Of a stretch of 64,000 nucleotides of DNA, positions 42,340 to 58,629 are shown one piece after another. Made by a program: the position numbers and the translations under genes. This DNA is from the human T2T-CHM13v2.0 reference genome, Homo sapiens. The stretch's first letter is position 1, and each line of letters opens with the position of its first letter. Below the pieces are notes generated by a model, which worked only from the letters and a program-made list of their open reading frames with translations, did not search any database and had not been told where the DNA came from. Location of the stretch: NCBI RefSeq assembly GCF_009914755.1, contig NC_060947.1. The stretch is one strand, 5' to 3'.

Positions 42340-43425
42340 ATGACATAGAGAGATGGAATCAGATAGATCTAAGTTCAAATCTGGGACCTGCCACTAGTTA
42401 GCTAGCTGTGTGATCTTCAGCAACATAGTAGGTGTATATACTTATGGCATACATAATGATTTGTTGACAAAGAGTCAAACTCGTAAAATGTTTGAAGAGA
42501 TTTATTCTGAGCCAAATATGAGTGAACAATGGACTGTGACACAGCCTCAGGAAAACCTAAGAACATGTGCCCAACATGTGGTTGGGCTACAGCTTGTTTT
42601 ATACATTTTGGGAAGGCATAAGACATCAATTAATACGTGTAGATATACATTGGTTTGCTCCAGAAAGGTGGGATAACTTGAAGTGGGAGCTTTCTGGTCA
42701 TGGGTGGATTCAAATATTTTTCTGATTGGCAATTGGTTAAAATAGTTATTATCCAAAGACCTAGAATCAATAAAAAGGAATGTCTAGGTGAAGATAAGGG
42801 ATTGTGAAGACAAAGGTTTTATCATGCCGATGAAGGCTCCAGGGAGCAGGCTTCAGAGCTCTCAGCAAACCTAAAAATTACCCAACTTTGTTAATTCTCT
42901 CCTGGATGGAGGAAAAGACATGGAAAGGAATGGAGATTCTCTACAGAATGTAGATTTTCTCCACAAGAGACAGCTTTGCAGTGCCATTTCAAAATATGAC
43001 AAAGAAATATATTTTGGGGTAAAACACTTCTATTTATTTCAGGGCCTGCTATCTATTATGTGATACTCTAGTAAAGTTAGGTTGGAATTTTGTGTCTTAT
43101 TGCTACAAACAGTCTGTTTCATCAGTCTTAAAATATCTGTTTTAATGTTAATGCTGGTCAGCTGTGCCTTAACTCCAAAGGGAGTAGGGTATAATGAGGC
43201 ATGTCTGACCCTGACTTCCCATCATGGCCTGAACTAGTTTTTCAGGTTAACAATAGAATGCCCTTGGCTGAGAGGAGGGGTCCATTCAGTTGGTTGAGGG
43301 GCTTAGAATTTTATTTTTGTTTTACAAATTTAATTAACTTCTCTGAACCTTAGTTTAAATACTTATCCTCTATGAAATTGTGATAATATGTACTTCAATG
43401 TATTACTGTGGATATTACATGAAAA
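42340..43425 (+). mobile_element. MIR split by the MER4 LTR
   Basis: agttcaaatctgggacctgccactagttagctagctgtgtgatct ... ttaacttctctgaaccttagttt. Confidence 0.6.
42462..43326 (-). mobile_element. MER4-family (ERV1) solo LTR
   Basis: Minus strand begins tgtaaaacaaaaataaaattctaagcccctcaacc; tg...ca termini; imperfect 4-bp TSD gatt/aatt. Confidence 0.85.
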
Positions 43426-44011
43426 AATTAACTTGCTTTTGAATTTTCAGTTATCATTATTACTGTCTTTAGATCGCTTGAGATTCAGTTTCAAGTAATC
43501 CTCATTTATCCTGCATCATTTGAAATGGGGGCATGTTTTCCAAAAATAAATTTTTCAGACAATTTAAAAATTAGTGTTTAAAAATTGATCCTTGATGAAA
43601 ATATTTCTAAAATATATTGTACAATTCTATACCTTCTTAAACAGTAGTCTGAACAGAATTAAACTTCTTCATGATGATTGGGGTTCAATATTAATTAACA
43701 CCCATGACCACACATTTCTATTATATAAGATACGATCTTAGCCCCCAAGGACTGGAAGACTGGCAGTCATGGGAGAGGGGCAGGATTGAGACACAGAAGA
43801 TTATTTGCATTTACACTCAATAGCCTCAGAAAAATATTTATTTCTTATGTCTCTTTTATATAGTTTCTGTTTTTCTCCCTCATTCTCAGCCTGTCAGAAG
43901 TTGCTTCTTGCTGTTACTGGTATACCTGCCTCTGGCTACTCCCCTTCTAATTCTTTCTGTTACTATAGACATGGAAACCCAGATAACCAAACTTATGAAA
44001 ATTATGTCTAA

Positions 44012-44812
44012 TTCAGTGATTCTCCTATTGTGATCCCCAGAACAGTAGCATCAACATCACCAAGACACTTATTAGAAATGCAAAATCGGGCCGGGTGCGG
44101 TGGCTCACGCCTGTAATCCCAGCACTTTGGGAGGCTGAGGTGGGCGGATGACGAGGTCAGGAGATCGAGACCATCCTAGCTAACACGGTGAAACCCCGTC
44201 TCTACTAAAAATACAAAAAAAAAAAAAAATTAGCCAAGTGTGGTGGTGGGCGCCTGTAGTTCCAGCTACTCGGGAGGCTGAGGCAGGAGAATGGTGTGAA
44301 CCGGAAGGCGGAGCTTGCAGTGAGCCGAGATCCCGCCACTGCACTCCAGCCTGGGCAACAGAGCGAGACTCCGTCAAAAAAAAAAAAAAATGCAAAATCT
44401 TAGGCCCACTCCAGACTTACTGAATCAAAGAACTCTGGGGCAGAGCTCCACAATTTGCTAACAAGACCTTCAGTAGATTCTGATTATGATCAAGTTTGAT
44501 ATTTATTGCCTGACTATACTTGTTTATACTGAAAACTCTTAGGTCTCATTCCAAGAGATATGATTTAGTATATCTTGGGTAGAACTTAAGAGCCTTGATT
44601 TTTTAACCCATTCCCCAGATTATTCTGATGAAAGTATTCAAAAGGCACACTTGGAGAAATATTTCCCAAGCCTAGACCATTGCTTCTCAAACCTACCTGG
44701 GGATTTTTCTAAAATGCATATTCTGTTCGAATAGGTCTGGGGTTCAGCATTTTAATGGGCTCCTAGATAATACCTATGTACAGGGTGGTAAACCACACTC
44801 TGAGTAGTAATT
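44012..44812. mobile_element. Cluster of about three MER5 (hAT-Charlie) MITE fragments, the first split by an AluY
   Basis: cagtgattctc terminus; ttagaaatgcaaaatcttaggcccactccagacttactgaatca core; two further degenerate copies. Confidence 0.7.
44088..44387 (+). mobile_element. AluY
   Basis: gagatcgagaccatcctagctaacacgg; TSD aaatgcaaaatc at 44076-44087 and 44388-44399. Confidence 0.96.
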
Positions 44813-46986
44813 TCCTAGAACTTTATATAGTAGGTATTTTGTAAGTGTTTTTATTTTATTTTGTTTTTTAATGTCTTTTATCCAGAATTTTTCCTTTGAG
44901 TGAAAACAGTATCAGCCTTTCTTGATTTTATAAAAGATGTCATTTTCTCCTAAATCAAACATGTTTATTTATACTTTTACATATAAAAATTGAATTAAAA
45001 TTTAATTATATACCATGAGTTAGTTGGCTTTATAAGCAGAATGAAGGAGCTCTCCTATGAGTAAAGGTGTATGAGCTTTATTTCCTATACTCAATCATCT
45101 TAGGCTTCTCAGAGGCCTTCTATTTTGTCCTTCTGGATTTTAAGTGTACCTTCAGTAGGGAATGGGTAGGAAAGCTTCTGTACCAAAAGGGTCCACATTC
45201 TATGGCAGATTAAATTATTCTCTCTGGAGCTAATTGATTTCTGGCCTTTCTCTAGTCTAAGCACTCCTGTCAGCATTTATCTCCTCCCCTAAAGGATTTG
45301 ATCAGTAATCCCAGCCTTTTTGCGTGGGCAAAGCCCTTTGTTCCCTCTGAATGAGCATCCTGAGCATTTCATTCTTTCAGGAGAGAATGGGACTCTGAGA
45401 CAGACCTTGGTAGATAGTACTGTACCTTATTATTACCCAACCAACATTATTTTCTACTAATACAGAAGATACATACTATCCACTCCAAGTGGGTCTTCTC
45501 ATTGTACAATCTAATGCTTTTTCTTATTGTATTCTCATGCTATTATCCATCTACTTCATGTCTTTCACCTATCCCAGTGAGTTTCAAATTGTGTTCAGAT
45601 GGCAGAGACCTGAAGTCTTTTAGAATTTTATGAACTAGCTTAACAAAACATAAAGGGCTAAGTATATAATTATGAAGATGCATTACTATTTTATTTTATA
45701 TTTTAATACAAAGAAGCTATAGCAAGTGTCAAAAGATTAAAAATATATACAGAAGGGGAATTTCAAGTTGAGAGAATGCTACCTTAATTGTTTTACAATT
45801 AATTAATTAATTGAGATAAGATTACTATTTTATTTAAATAATGGAATACCCTAGCTCATTGTGTACAATTCCAATGCTCTAATGGAGGAATTTGAGATAC
45901 ACTGGCCTATCATTCCAAAAGTTAGACATCCTGTAATGGATAATTTTAAATACAAAAATCTATTGTACTCCTATGCACTTTAAATGAGTATTCTTGAGCT
46001 CTGTCACTACTCTTCTCTGTAGGCCAGACCTTAAGAGTGGGAACTGCAGTAACTGAATGGTAAAACCTAAATGCAATAGGAGTAATTGGACCTGGGATGG
46101 CAGGAACCAAGTGATAACAGTCGACTTCCAAAGGCAAAGTGGGTGTGGTTACCTTAATGGACAACCAAGTCAAAGCAACAATCAGAATAGCCTGACTCAT
46201 ACAGACCTATGGCATTGATCATGGTATTAATAGAAGTGAAATAGATAAGAAGACTCCTAAAATCTTACTCGATCTGTATAAGCAGGATAGTTCTAGGTCA
46301 AGTGAACATAAGTTTCACCTGAATAGTGAAAACTAAGCGACATGGCCCCTAAGTCCATTTCAAGACTTGAACCAGTATACAGACCCAGAACCCCTAGAAT
46401 GAAGGGAAGATGAGGGCTCCTTGGTGAAGAACCCTGGTATACTACTGAAAACCTGTACTGTTAATCTTTCTCCATCCTTCCCCAAAGGGACCTATGGCCT
46501 TTTACCAGGGTAACTGTGCAACATAGAAAAAATTACCAGACCTTCCAAGGATTACTGGACATTAGATCTGAACTTACTCTAATTCCAGGAGACCCAAAAT
46601 GTAACTGTGGCCCCTCAGACAGAGTAGGGGCTTATGGAAGTCAGGTGATTAATGAAGTTCTAGCTCAGGTTCATCTCTTGGTGGGCCCGTGGGTCCCCAA
46701 AACCATCCTGTGATTATTTCTTCAGTTCCAGATTGTGTAATTGGAATAGACATACTCAGCAGCTGGTAGAATCCCCACATCAGTTCCCTGGCCTGTGGAA
46801 TGAGGCCTAAATGGAAGCCATTAGAACTGCCTCTATCTAGGAAAATCATAAACCAAAAGCAATATTGCATTTCTGGAGAGATTGTAGAGATTAGTGCCAC
46901 CATCACGGAATTAAAAGATGCAGGGGTGGTGATTCGCATTACATCCCAATTCAACTGGCCTGAATCTTGGAGAGTGACAGTGGATT

Positions 46987-48367
46987 CACACTTGTGGTCA
47001 GCAAATGGTATAATAGGACACTTCAGTGATTGTTCTTTTGAAGAAACATGGTAAGTCTAGGTAAGGGATTACAGCACCTGGGAGTGCATAGAAATAATAA
47101 AAGACAAATTGAATAGGGTAGGAAGGACAGTTTCACATTACACATATGACTGCTCCCCAAAGTCCAGGGAGCACAGCATTGAGAATGAAGTGAACAAGAG
47201 GCTTTGTCCCAACTCCAGCCCCAGGCCCACCACAGTGAAACACAGCACCATGGCAGCCCCCATGGCCCTAGAACCCTGGCCCACTCCCATAGACCCTGAC
47301 CCCAGGCCAGTTTTTATGGCCCTAGGATCAAGATTGGCACCCATGGATCTAGCTTCCAGGATAGCCTCCATAGATCCAAGCACCAGGCCCGCACTCATGG
47401 GCCTAGGTTCCAGACTGCCCAATGTAGATCAAGACTCCAGCCCAGCCTCAAGCTTCAGGCCAGTCCCAGTAGTCTCAGGCTTCAGTGGACCCAGGATCCA
47501 GGCTCATTCTACCAGATACAAATTTCAGACTTATACCCCTGCATACTATGGTACCAGGCCAGCCCCTAAATACCCAGGGTCCAGGACTGCCCATGTGGAC
47601 CAAGGCTCCAGGCCAGCCCCTATGGACTCAGGCATCAGGCCTACTCCAGTGCCAGGCCAGCTTTCATAGACTCAGTCTTCAAGCTCATTTGCATGGACCC
47701 AGACACAAGGCCTATCCCAGCATTAGGCCAGGCCCCAAAGCCTGCCCTGGCACCACATTTGAGTCTGCCCTGGCAGACCCAAAGCCTGCCCTGGCACCAC
47801 ATTGGCCCCTATGAACCCAGGCTTCATACCACCCCTCACAGACACAGGCTTCAGGCCTACACCCAAGGACCCTGTCAGCAGATCAACCCCAATGGGACCC
47901 AAAGCAACGCCAGCTGCCATGGGCCCAGGATCCAGGCTCACCCACCTGTTGATCCATACAATAGGCCAGCCCACCTGAGGACTCTAGCAGCAGGCTGCTT
48001 GTAGAACCTACCAGATAGTCCACCCAGAATCTGGATGGGCAGATTGGTGAAGGGATTTCTCTGCTAAAGCCAGTCTTTAAAGACTGGAATAGTCATCTAC
48101 TTCTTCAAATGCACAAGTACCAACACACGGTTATAAGGATTACGAACAGTAAGGGACACATGACAACACCAAAAGGGACAAAATAAAACACCAGCAATCA
48201 ACCCTAAAGAAACAGAGACCTACAGACTGCCTGTCAATTGAAGAAGATCAGTGAGCTCCAAAAGCACACAAATAGACAATTAGATGAAATCAGGAAAACA
48301 ATACATGAACAAAATTAGAAGTTCCATAAATAAATAGAAACCATTAAAAAAAAAGCCAAACAAAAAT
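46987..48367 (+). mobile_element. Old L1 5'UTR + ORF1 start inserted in ERVL RT, with a degenerate C-rich tandem array (47210-48010)
   Basis: Repeated ggacccaggctccaggccagcccc-like units, then ttcttcaaatgcac...aggaaaacaatacatgaacaaaat typical of old L1 ORF1 starts. Confidence 0.7.
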
Positions 48368-49268
48368 TTGGAGGAATGACAAAGGATTATCATAAGCTTA
48401 ACCAGGTGGTAATTTCAATTGCATTTACTGTACCAAATGTGGTTTCATTGCTTGAGCAAATTAACACATTCTCTAGTACCTGATATTCAGCTATTGATCA
48501 GGCAAAATTACTTTTTCTCCATTCTTGTCAATGAAGTCTACCAGAAGCAGTTTGCTTTCAGCTGAGAAAGCCAGCAATACACCTTGACTGTCCTATCTTA
48601 GGGGTATATCAACTTGCCAGCCCTATGCAATAATTTAATTCACAGGGATATTGATTGTTTTTCCCTCCATAAGATATCAGATTGGTTCATTACATTGATG
48701 ACACTATGCTGACTGGACCTAGTGAAGAGGAAGTAGCAACAACACTAGACTTATTGGTAAGACATTTGTGTGTCAGACTGAGGGAAATAAATCTTACTAA
48801 AAGTCAAATTATCTGTTCTATGGATACCAGTCAGCCTCTTAACCACTTCTGTCACCACCTTATGAGATTATGAACAAAATGGTCATGATGGTAGGAGTAG
48901 AGGTTATGCATGGGCTCAGCAACATGGACTTCCATTCACCAAGGCCAACCTATGTACAGCCACCTCTACTCAATCTGCCAGCCATAGAGACCAACCCTGA
49001 GTCCTCAGTACAGCATTATTTATCGGCACGATCAGCCAAGCTACCTGATAGCAGGTTGATTACATTGGACTACTTTTACCAGGGAAGGAGCAGAATTTTG
49101 TTCTTACTGGAATAATCACAAACAGATTTGCCTTCCCTACACTCAATGCTACTGCCAAAACTACCATCCATGGGCTTACTGAATGCCTTGTCTCCACAAT
49201 CATGGTATTTCACACAGCATTGCTTCTGATCAAGGAACTCACTTCACAGCAAAAGAAGTGCAGCAACG

Positions 49269-49622
<354 letters not shown>

Positions 49623-50049
49623 CTAGTTTGATAGCATGGTGGAATGGCCTTTTGGAGTTGCAGTTACATTGTCAGCTAGGTGGGAATACTTTTCAGGGCT
49701 GGGGCAAGGTTCTCCATAGGACTATATATGCTCAGAATCAGCATTCAATATACGGTGCTCTTTCTCCCATAGCCAGGATTCATGGATCCAAGTATCAAAG
49801 GGTGGAAATGAGTGTGGCACCACTCACAATACCCCCTAGTGAACAGCTAGCAAAATTTTTGCCTCCTGTACCTGAGACCTTATGCTCTGCTGACAGAAAG
49901 GTCTTAATTCCCAAGAGGGGAATATTTCCATCAGGAGACACAATATCGATTAGTTGTTAGGTGAAATTCTGACCATTTGTTGGTCTATATTTGGAGATTA
50001 AGTATAGTTTAAAATGTATATGGGTCCCAAATTGACAAAGGTGTGGACC

Positions 50050-50115
50050 TGTGATGGTAAATTTTGAATCAACTTGACTGGGTCACAGGATGTTGAGATA
50101 TTTGATTAAACATTT
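50050..50115 (+). mobile_element. Start of an MLT2 3' LTR, truncated
   Basis: tgtgatggtaaattttgaatcaacttgactggg directly after the PPT. Confidence 0.8.
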
Positions 50116-50117
50116 TT

Positions 50118-51728
<1,611 letters not shown>

Positions 51729-54700
51729 TGTTTTAATAACAGCCATTCTGACTAATGTGAGATGGTATCTCATTGTGGTTTTGATTTGCATTTCTCTAAT
51801 GATCTGTGATATTGAGGTATTTTTTAAATGTTTGTTAGCCGTACATACACCTTCTTTTGAGAAGTGTCTGCTCATGTGCTTTGCCTATTTTTTAATGGGG
51901 TTGTTTGTTCCATTCTTGTAAATTTTTTAAGTTCCTTGTATATGCTAGATGTTAGACTTTTGTGAGGTGAATAGGTTGCAAAATTTTTCTCCCACTCTGT
52001 AGGTTGTCTGCTCACTTTGGTGATAGCTTCTTTTGCTCTGCAGGAGCTATTTAGTTTAATTAGATCCCATTTGTCAATTTTTGCTTTTGTTGCAATTGCT
52101 TTTGGTGTCTTTGTCATGAAATATTTTCCTGTGTCTATATCCTGAATGGTATTGCCCAGATTTTCTTCTAGGGTTTTTATATTTTTGGATTTTACATTTA
52201 AGTATTTATTCCATCTTGAGTTGATTTTTGTATATGGTGTAAGGAGAGGGTCCTGTTTCAATTTTCTGCATATGGCTAGCCAGTTCTCCCAGAACAATTT
52301 TTTGTATAGGGAATCCTTTCCCCATTGCTTTTTTTGTCAGGTTTGTCAAAGATCAGATGGTTGTACGTGTGTGGTCTTATTTCTGGGTTCTCTATTCTGT
52401 TTCATTGATCTATGTGTCATTGTTGTACCAGTACCATGCTGTTTTGGTTACTGTAGCCTTGTAGTATAGTTTGAAGTTGGGTAGTGTGATGACCCCAGCT
52501 TTGTTCTTTTTTCTTATGATTGTCTTGTTTTTTTGGGCTCTATTTTGGTTCCATATGAATTTTAACATAGTTGTTTCTAATTCAGTGAAGAATGTCAATG
52601 GTAGTTTAATGGGAATAGCATTGACTCTATAAAATGCTTTGGGCAGTATTGCCATTTTCATGATATTGATTCTTTCTATTCATGAGCATAGAATGTTTTT
52701 TCCATTTGTTTCTGTCATCTCTGATTTCTTTGAGCAGTGGTTTCTAGCTCTCCTTGAAGAGATCCTTCACTTCCTTTGTTAGCTCTATTCCTAGGTATTT
52801 TATTCATTTTGTGGCATTTGTGAATGGGAATTCATTCATGATTTCGCTCTCTGCTTGCCTGTTGTTGATGTATATGAATGCTAGTGATTTTTGCACATTT
52901 ATTTTGTATCCTGAAACTTTGCTGAAGTTTCTTCTCAGCTTAAGAAGCTTTTGGGCTGTGACTATGGGGTTTTCTAGATATAGGGTTATGTCATCTGCAA
53001 ACAAAGACAATTTGATACCCTCTATTCCTTTTTGAATACTCTTTATTTTTTTTTCTCTTGCCCTGGCCAGAACTTCCAATACTATATTGAATAGGAATAG
53101 TGAAAGAGGACATCCTTGTCTTGTGCAAGTTTTCAAGGAGAATGCTTCCAGCTTTTGCCCATTCCGTATGATATTGGCTGTGGGTTTGTCATATATAGCT
53201 CTTATTATTTTGATGTATGTTCCTTCAATACCTAGTTTATTGAGAGTTTTTAACACGAAGGGATGTTGAATTTTATCAAAAGGCTTTTCTGCATCTATTG
53301 AGTTAATCATGTAGTTTTTGACTTTAGTTGTGTTTATGCAATGAATCACATTTATTGATTTGTGTATGTTGAAAAAACCTGGCATCCTGGGGATGAAGCC
53401 AACTTGATCATGGTGGATAAGCTTTTTGATATGCTACTGGATTTGCTTTGCCAGTGCTTTACTGAGGATTTTTGCATTGATGTTCATCAAGCATATGGCC
53501 TTAAGTTTCCTTTTTTTGTTGTATCTCTGCCAAGTTTGGTATCAGGATGATGTTGACCTCATAGAATAAGTTAGGTAGGAGTCCATCCTTTTTAATTTTT
53601 TGAAATAGTTTCAGTACAAATGGTACCAGCTCTTCTTTGTACCTCTGGTAGAATTCAGCTGTGAATATGTCTTATCCTGTTTTTTTTTTTTCTTGATAGG
53701 ATATTTATTATTGCCTCAATTTCAGAACTCATTATTGGTCTGTTCTGGGATTCAGTTTCTTCCTGGTTCAGTCTTGAGAGGCTGTAGTGTCCAAGAATTT
53801 ATCCATTTCTTCTAGATTTTCCAGTTTATTACCTAGAGGTGTTTATAGCATTCTCTGATGGTTGTTTGCATTTCTGTGGTGTCAGTGGTGATATCCCCCT
53901 TATCATTTCTGTTTATTTGATTCTTCTCTTTTCTTCTTTATTATTCTGGTTAGCAGTCTATCTATATTGTTAATTATTTCCAAAAAAAAAAAAAAAAAAA
54001 AAAAACACAGCTCCTGGATTTGCTGATTTTTTGAAAGGTTTTCAGTGTCACTATCTCCTTCAATTCAGCTTTGATCTTGGTTATTTCTTGTCTCCTGCTA
54101 GCTTTGGGGTTCATTTTCTCTTGGTTCTCTAGTTCTTTTAATTGAGATGTTAGGTTGTTAACGAGATCTTTCTAGATTTTTGATGTGGGCATTTAGTGCT
54201 ATAAATTTCCCTCTTAACACTGACTTAGCTGCATCCCAGAGATTCTGGTATGTTGTATCTTTGTTCTCATTAATTTCAAAGAACTTCTTAATTTCTGTCT
54301 TAGTTTCACTTTTTACCCAAGAGTCATTCAGTAGAAGGTTGATCAATTTTCATGTAGTTGTATGGTTTTAGGTGAATTTCTTAATCTTGATTTTTAATTT
54401 GATTGCACTGTGGTCTGAGAGACTGTTATGATTTCAGTTATTTTGCATTTGCTAAGGATTGTTTTACTTCCAATTATGTGATCAAGAGGAAATACCATGT
54501 GGCAATGAGAATAATATATATTCTGTTGCTTTTGGGTGGAGAGTTATGTAGATATCTATCAGGTCTACTTGATCCAGAGCTAAGTTCAGGTCCTAAATAT
54601 CTTTGTTAATTTTCTGTCTCGATGATCTGTCTAATATTGTCAGTGGGGTGTTAAAGTCTTCCACTATTATTGTGTGGGAGTCTAAGTCTCTTTGAAGGTC

Positions 54701-54926
54701 TCTAAGAACTTGTTTTATGAATGTATGCTCCATATTGGGTGCATATATATTTAGGATAGATAGCTCTTCTTGTTGAATTGAACTCTTTACCATTATGTAA
54801 TGCCCTTCTTTGTCTTTTTTGATCTTTGTTGGTTTGAAGTCTTCTTTGTCAGAAACTAGGATTGCAAATCCTGTTTTTTTTCTGTTTTCCATTTGCAGAG
54901 TAGATTTCTCTCCATCCCTTTATTTT

Positions 54927-55217
<291 letters not shown>

Positions 55218-57933
55218 CCATCCCTCTATTTTGAGCCTATGTGTGTCTTTGCATATGAGATTGGTCTCTTGAAGACAGCATACTGATGGGTCTTGGCCCT
55301 TTATGTAGCTTGTCATTCTGTGTCTTTTAATTGGGGCATTTAGTCCATTTCTATTTGAGGTTATTATTGTTATATGGGGATTTGATTCTGTCATCATGAT
55401 TCTAGCTGGTTATTTTGCAGACTTGTTTATGTGGTTTCTTCATAGTGTCACTGGTTTTTGTACTTCAGTGTGTTTTTGTAGTGGCTGGTAATGTTTTTCC
55501 TCCCATATTGAGTGCTTCCTTCATGAGCTCTTGTAAGGCACATCTGCTGGTAGTGATTTCCCTCAGCATTCTTTGTCTTAAAGGATCTTATGTCTTCTTT
55601 GTTGATGAAGCTTAGTCTGGCTGGATATGAAATGCTAGGTTGAAAACCTTTTTCTTTAAGAATGTTGAATACTGGCCTACAATCTCTCCTGGCTTGTAGG
55701 TTTCCACTGAGAGATCCACTGTTAGTCTGATGGGCTTCCCTTTGTAGGTGGCCTGGCCTTTATGTCTGGCTGCTTTTAACAGTTTTCCTTTCATTTCAAC
55801 CTTGGAAAATCTGACAATTATGTGTATTGGGATTGATCTTTTTGTGGAGTATCTTACTGAGGTTCTCTGCATTTCCTAAATTTGAATGTTTACCTGTATT
55901 GCTAGATAGGGGAAGTTTTCCTGGATGATATTTTGAAGTATGTTTTCCAACTTGGTTACATTCTCCCTGTCTCTGGTACCTCTATCAGTCTTAAGTTCAG
56001 TCTCTACATAATCCCATATTTCTTGGAGGTTTTGTTCATGTTTTAATTCCTTTTTCTCTATTCTTGTCTGCCTGTTTTATTTCAGAAAGATAGTCTTCAA
56101 ACTCTGAGATTCTTTCCTCCATTTGGTCTATTCTGCTATTAACATTTATGATTGCATTGTGAAGTTCTTGTAGTTTGTTTCTTAGCACTAACAGGTCTGT
56201 TATATTCCTCTCTAACCTGGCTATTTTAGCTGTCAGCTCCTGTATTGTTTATCATGACTCTTAGCTTCCAGCATTGGGTTACAACATGTTCCTTTAGCTC
56301 AGTGATGTTTGTTATTACCCACCTTCTGAAGCCTACTTCTGTTATTTCAGCCATCTCAGCCTCAGCCCAGTTCTGAGCTCTTCCTGGAGAGGTCATTTGG
56401 AGGAGAAGGGGCACTCTGGCTTTTTAAGTTTTTGGCATTTTTGCATTAATTCTTTTTTATCCTTGTGGGCTTATCTACCTTTAATTTTTAAGGTTGCTGA
56501 CCTTTGAATGGGGTTTTGGGCAGTCTTTTTGTTAATGCTGTTGTTGTTGTTATTTTCTGTTTGTTTTTGTTTTAGCAGTCAGGCCACTCTTCCGTAGTGC
56601 TGCTGCAGTTTGCTGGAGTTCCACTCCAGACCCTAGTTGCCTCGGTTTTTTTCCTACCTGGTGGTATCACCAGTGAAGGTTGTGAAATAGCAAAGATGGC
56701 AGCCTGCTCCTTCCTCTGGAAGTTCCATCCCAGGAGGTTACTGCCCTATTGCCAGCCTGAACATGCCTATAGGAGTGGTTGAAAACCTCTGTTGAAAGAT
56801 CTCATACATTCAGGAGGAACAGGATGAGGGACCACTTAAAGAAGCAATCTGGCTGCTTTTGGGTAGAGCAGGCATGCTGTGTTGGTGATCTCTTCAGCCC
56901 CCAATTGATATGGGCTCTCCAGGGCCCACAGGCTAGATTGACAGAGAAGCTGGAACAGCCAAGGTGGCAGCCTGCCCCATCCCCCATGCACTCCATTCCA
57001 GAGAGAGATCAGAGCTCTGTCTGTAGAAAACTGGCTGTGATGGCTGAAGCCCTGTCTGGGAGGTTCCAACCGGTAAGGAGGAATAGATTGGGGTCCCACT
57101 TAAAGAAGCAGTCTGGCCAAAATCTGGCAAAGCAGCTGTGCTGCAATGAAGGGGGTGGGGGGCTTTCTCACCTGGACCATTTGGATTCTCCAAAGCTGGC
57201 AGGCTGGAGTGGCTGAGTCAACCAAACTGAAGAGACTGTTCACCATGAGACCACCCGTCTCTTTGGGGTCTCTGTCCCAGGGAGAGTTCAGAGCTCTGTC
57301 CATAGATAAATGGCTAGAGTGGCTGAAGCCCTGGCAGGGAGGTCCCATTCAGTGAAGAGGAATGGATCAGGTCCTGCTTAAAGAAGCAGTCTAGCCATAA
57401 TCTCGTAAAGCAGCTCTGCTTCATTAGAGGGATCCCTTTCTCATTCAGACTACTTGGACTCTCCAAAGCCAGCAGTCTTGAATGGCTGAGTCAACTAGGC
57501 CACAGAGATGGTGGCCACCTCTCCCACCAGGAGCTCCCTCTAATCTCAGGCAGACTCCACCCAGTTGCCATTGGCTGGCTGAAATTCCAAGCCAGGGGTT
57601 CTTATCTTGTGAGGTGCCATGGAAAGGGGGCCTGCAGAATTATGCTGCTTGGCTCCCTGGATTCAGCCCCCTTCCTAGGGGTATGTACAAACCTCCCACC
57701 TTGCCTGTGTTGCACACACATTTGTTGGAAATCTTGGGGCCAGATTATGTAAAGCTCATGGGTCTCTGTGTGTGCCTGAGCAGCTGCTCTGCCAAGAGTC
57801 CACACAGATCTGTGTGTTGGAGCCAAGGCCCTCATAGTGTGGGCTCACAAGGGGATCTCCTGATCCACAGGTTGCAAAGATCCATGGGAGAAGCATGGTT
57901 TCCTGGCAGGGTTGCACAATCACTCACCACTTC

Positions 57934-58370
57934 TTTTTTTTTTTTTTTAAACTTTAAGTTCTAGGGTACATGTGCACAATGTGCAGGCTTGTTACATATG
58001 TATACATGTGTCATGTTGGTGTGCTGCACCCGTTAACTCGTCATTTACATTAGTTATATCTCCTAATGCTATCCCTCCCCCCTCCCCCCACCCCACAACA
58101 GGCCTCGGTGTGTGATGTTCCCCTTCCTGTGTCCAAGTGTTCTCATTGTTCAATTCCCACCTATGAGTGAGAACATGCGGTGTTTGGTTTTTTGTCCCTG
58201 CAATAGTTTGCTGAGAATGATGGTGTCCATCTTCATCCATGTCCCTACAAAGGACATGAACTCATCCTTTTTTATGGCTGCATAGTATTCCATGGTGTAT
58301 ATGTGCCACATTTTCTTAATTCAGTCTATCATTGATGGACATTTGGGTTGGTTCCAAGTCTTTGCTATTG
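57934..58370 (-). mobile_element. Short 5'-truncated L1PA4/5 3' end
   Basis: T tail, actttaagttctagggtacatg; TSD cactca(c/t)cacttc at 57921-57933 and 58371-58383. Confidence 0.93.
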
Positions 58371-58629
58371 CACTCATCACTTCTTTTGGCTGAGGATGGG
58401 GGTTCACTTGGCTCCATGTTACTCCCAGGTGGGCCATCACCCCATCCTGCTTTTCTTCATTCTCCATAGGTTGAGTTGTTTGCCTAATCAGTCCCAATGC
58501 AAGAATCAGGATATTTCAGTTGATGGTGCTGTATTCACTCACCCATTTTGTTCCTCTCCATGAGTGCCATGGACTGCAGCTGCTTCTAATTGGCCACTTT
58601 GGCCAACTCCCCCCATTCCTCTGTTTTAT

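Noticed and set aside
47109-48004. Proline-rich ORFs of 186, 109 and 103 aa
   Set aside because: Lie in the degenerate tandem array of an old L1 5'UTR
56810-57520. Three ~270-bp repeats
   Set aside because: Appear intrinsic to the 5'UTR of this older L1PA family
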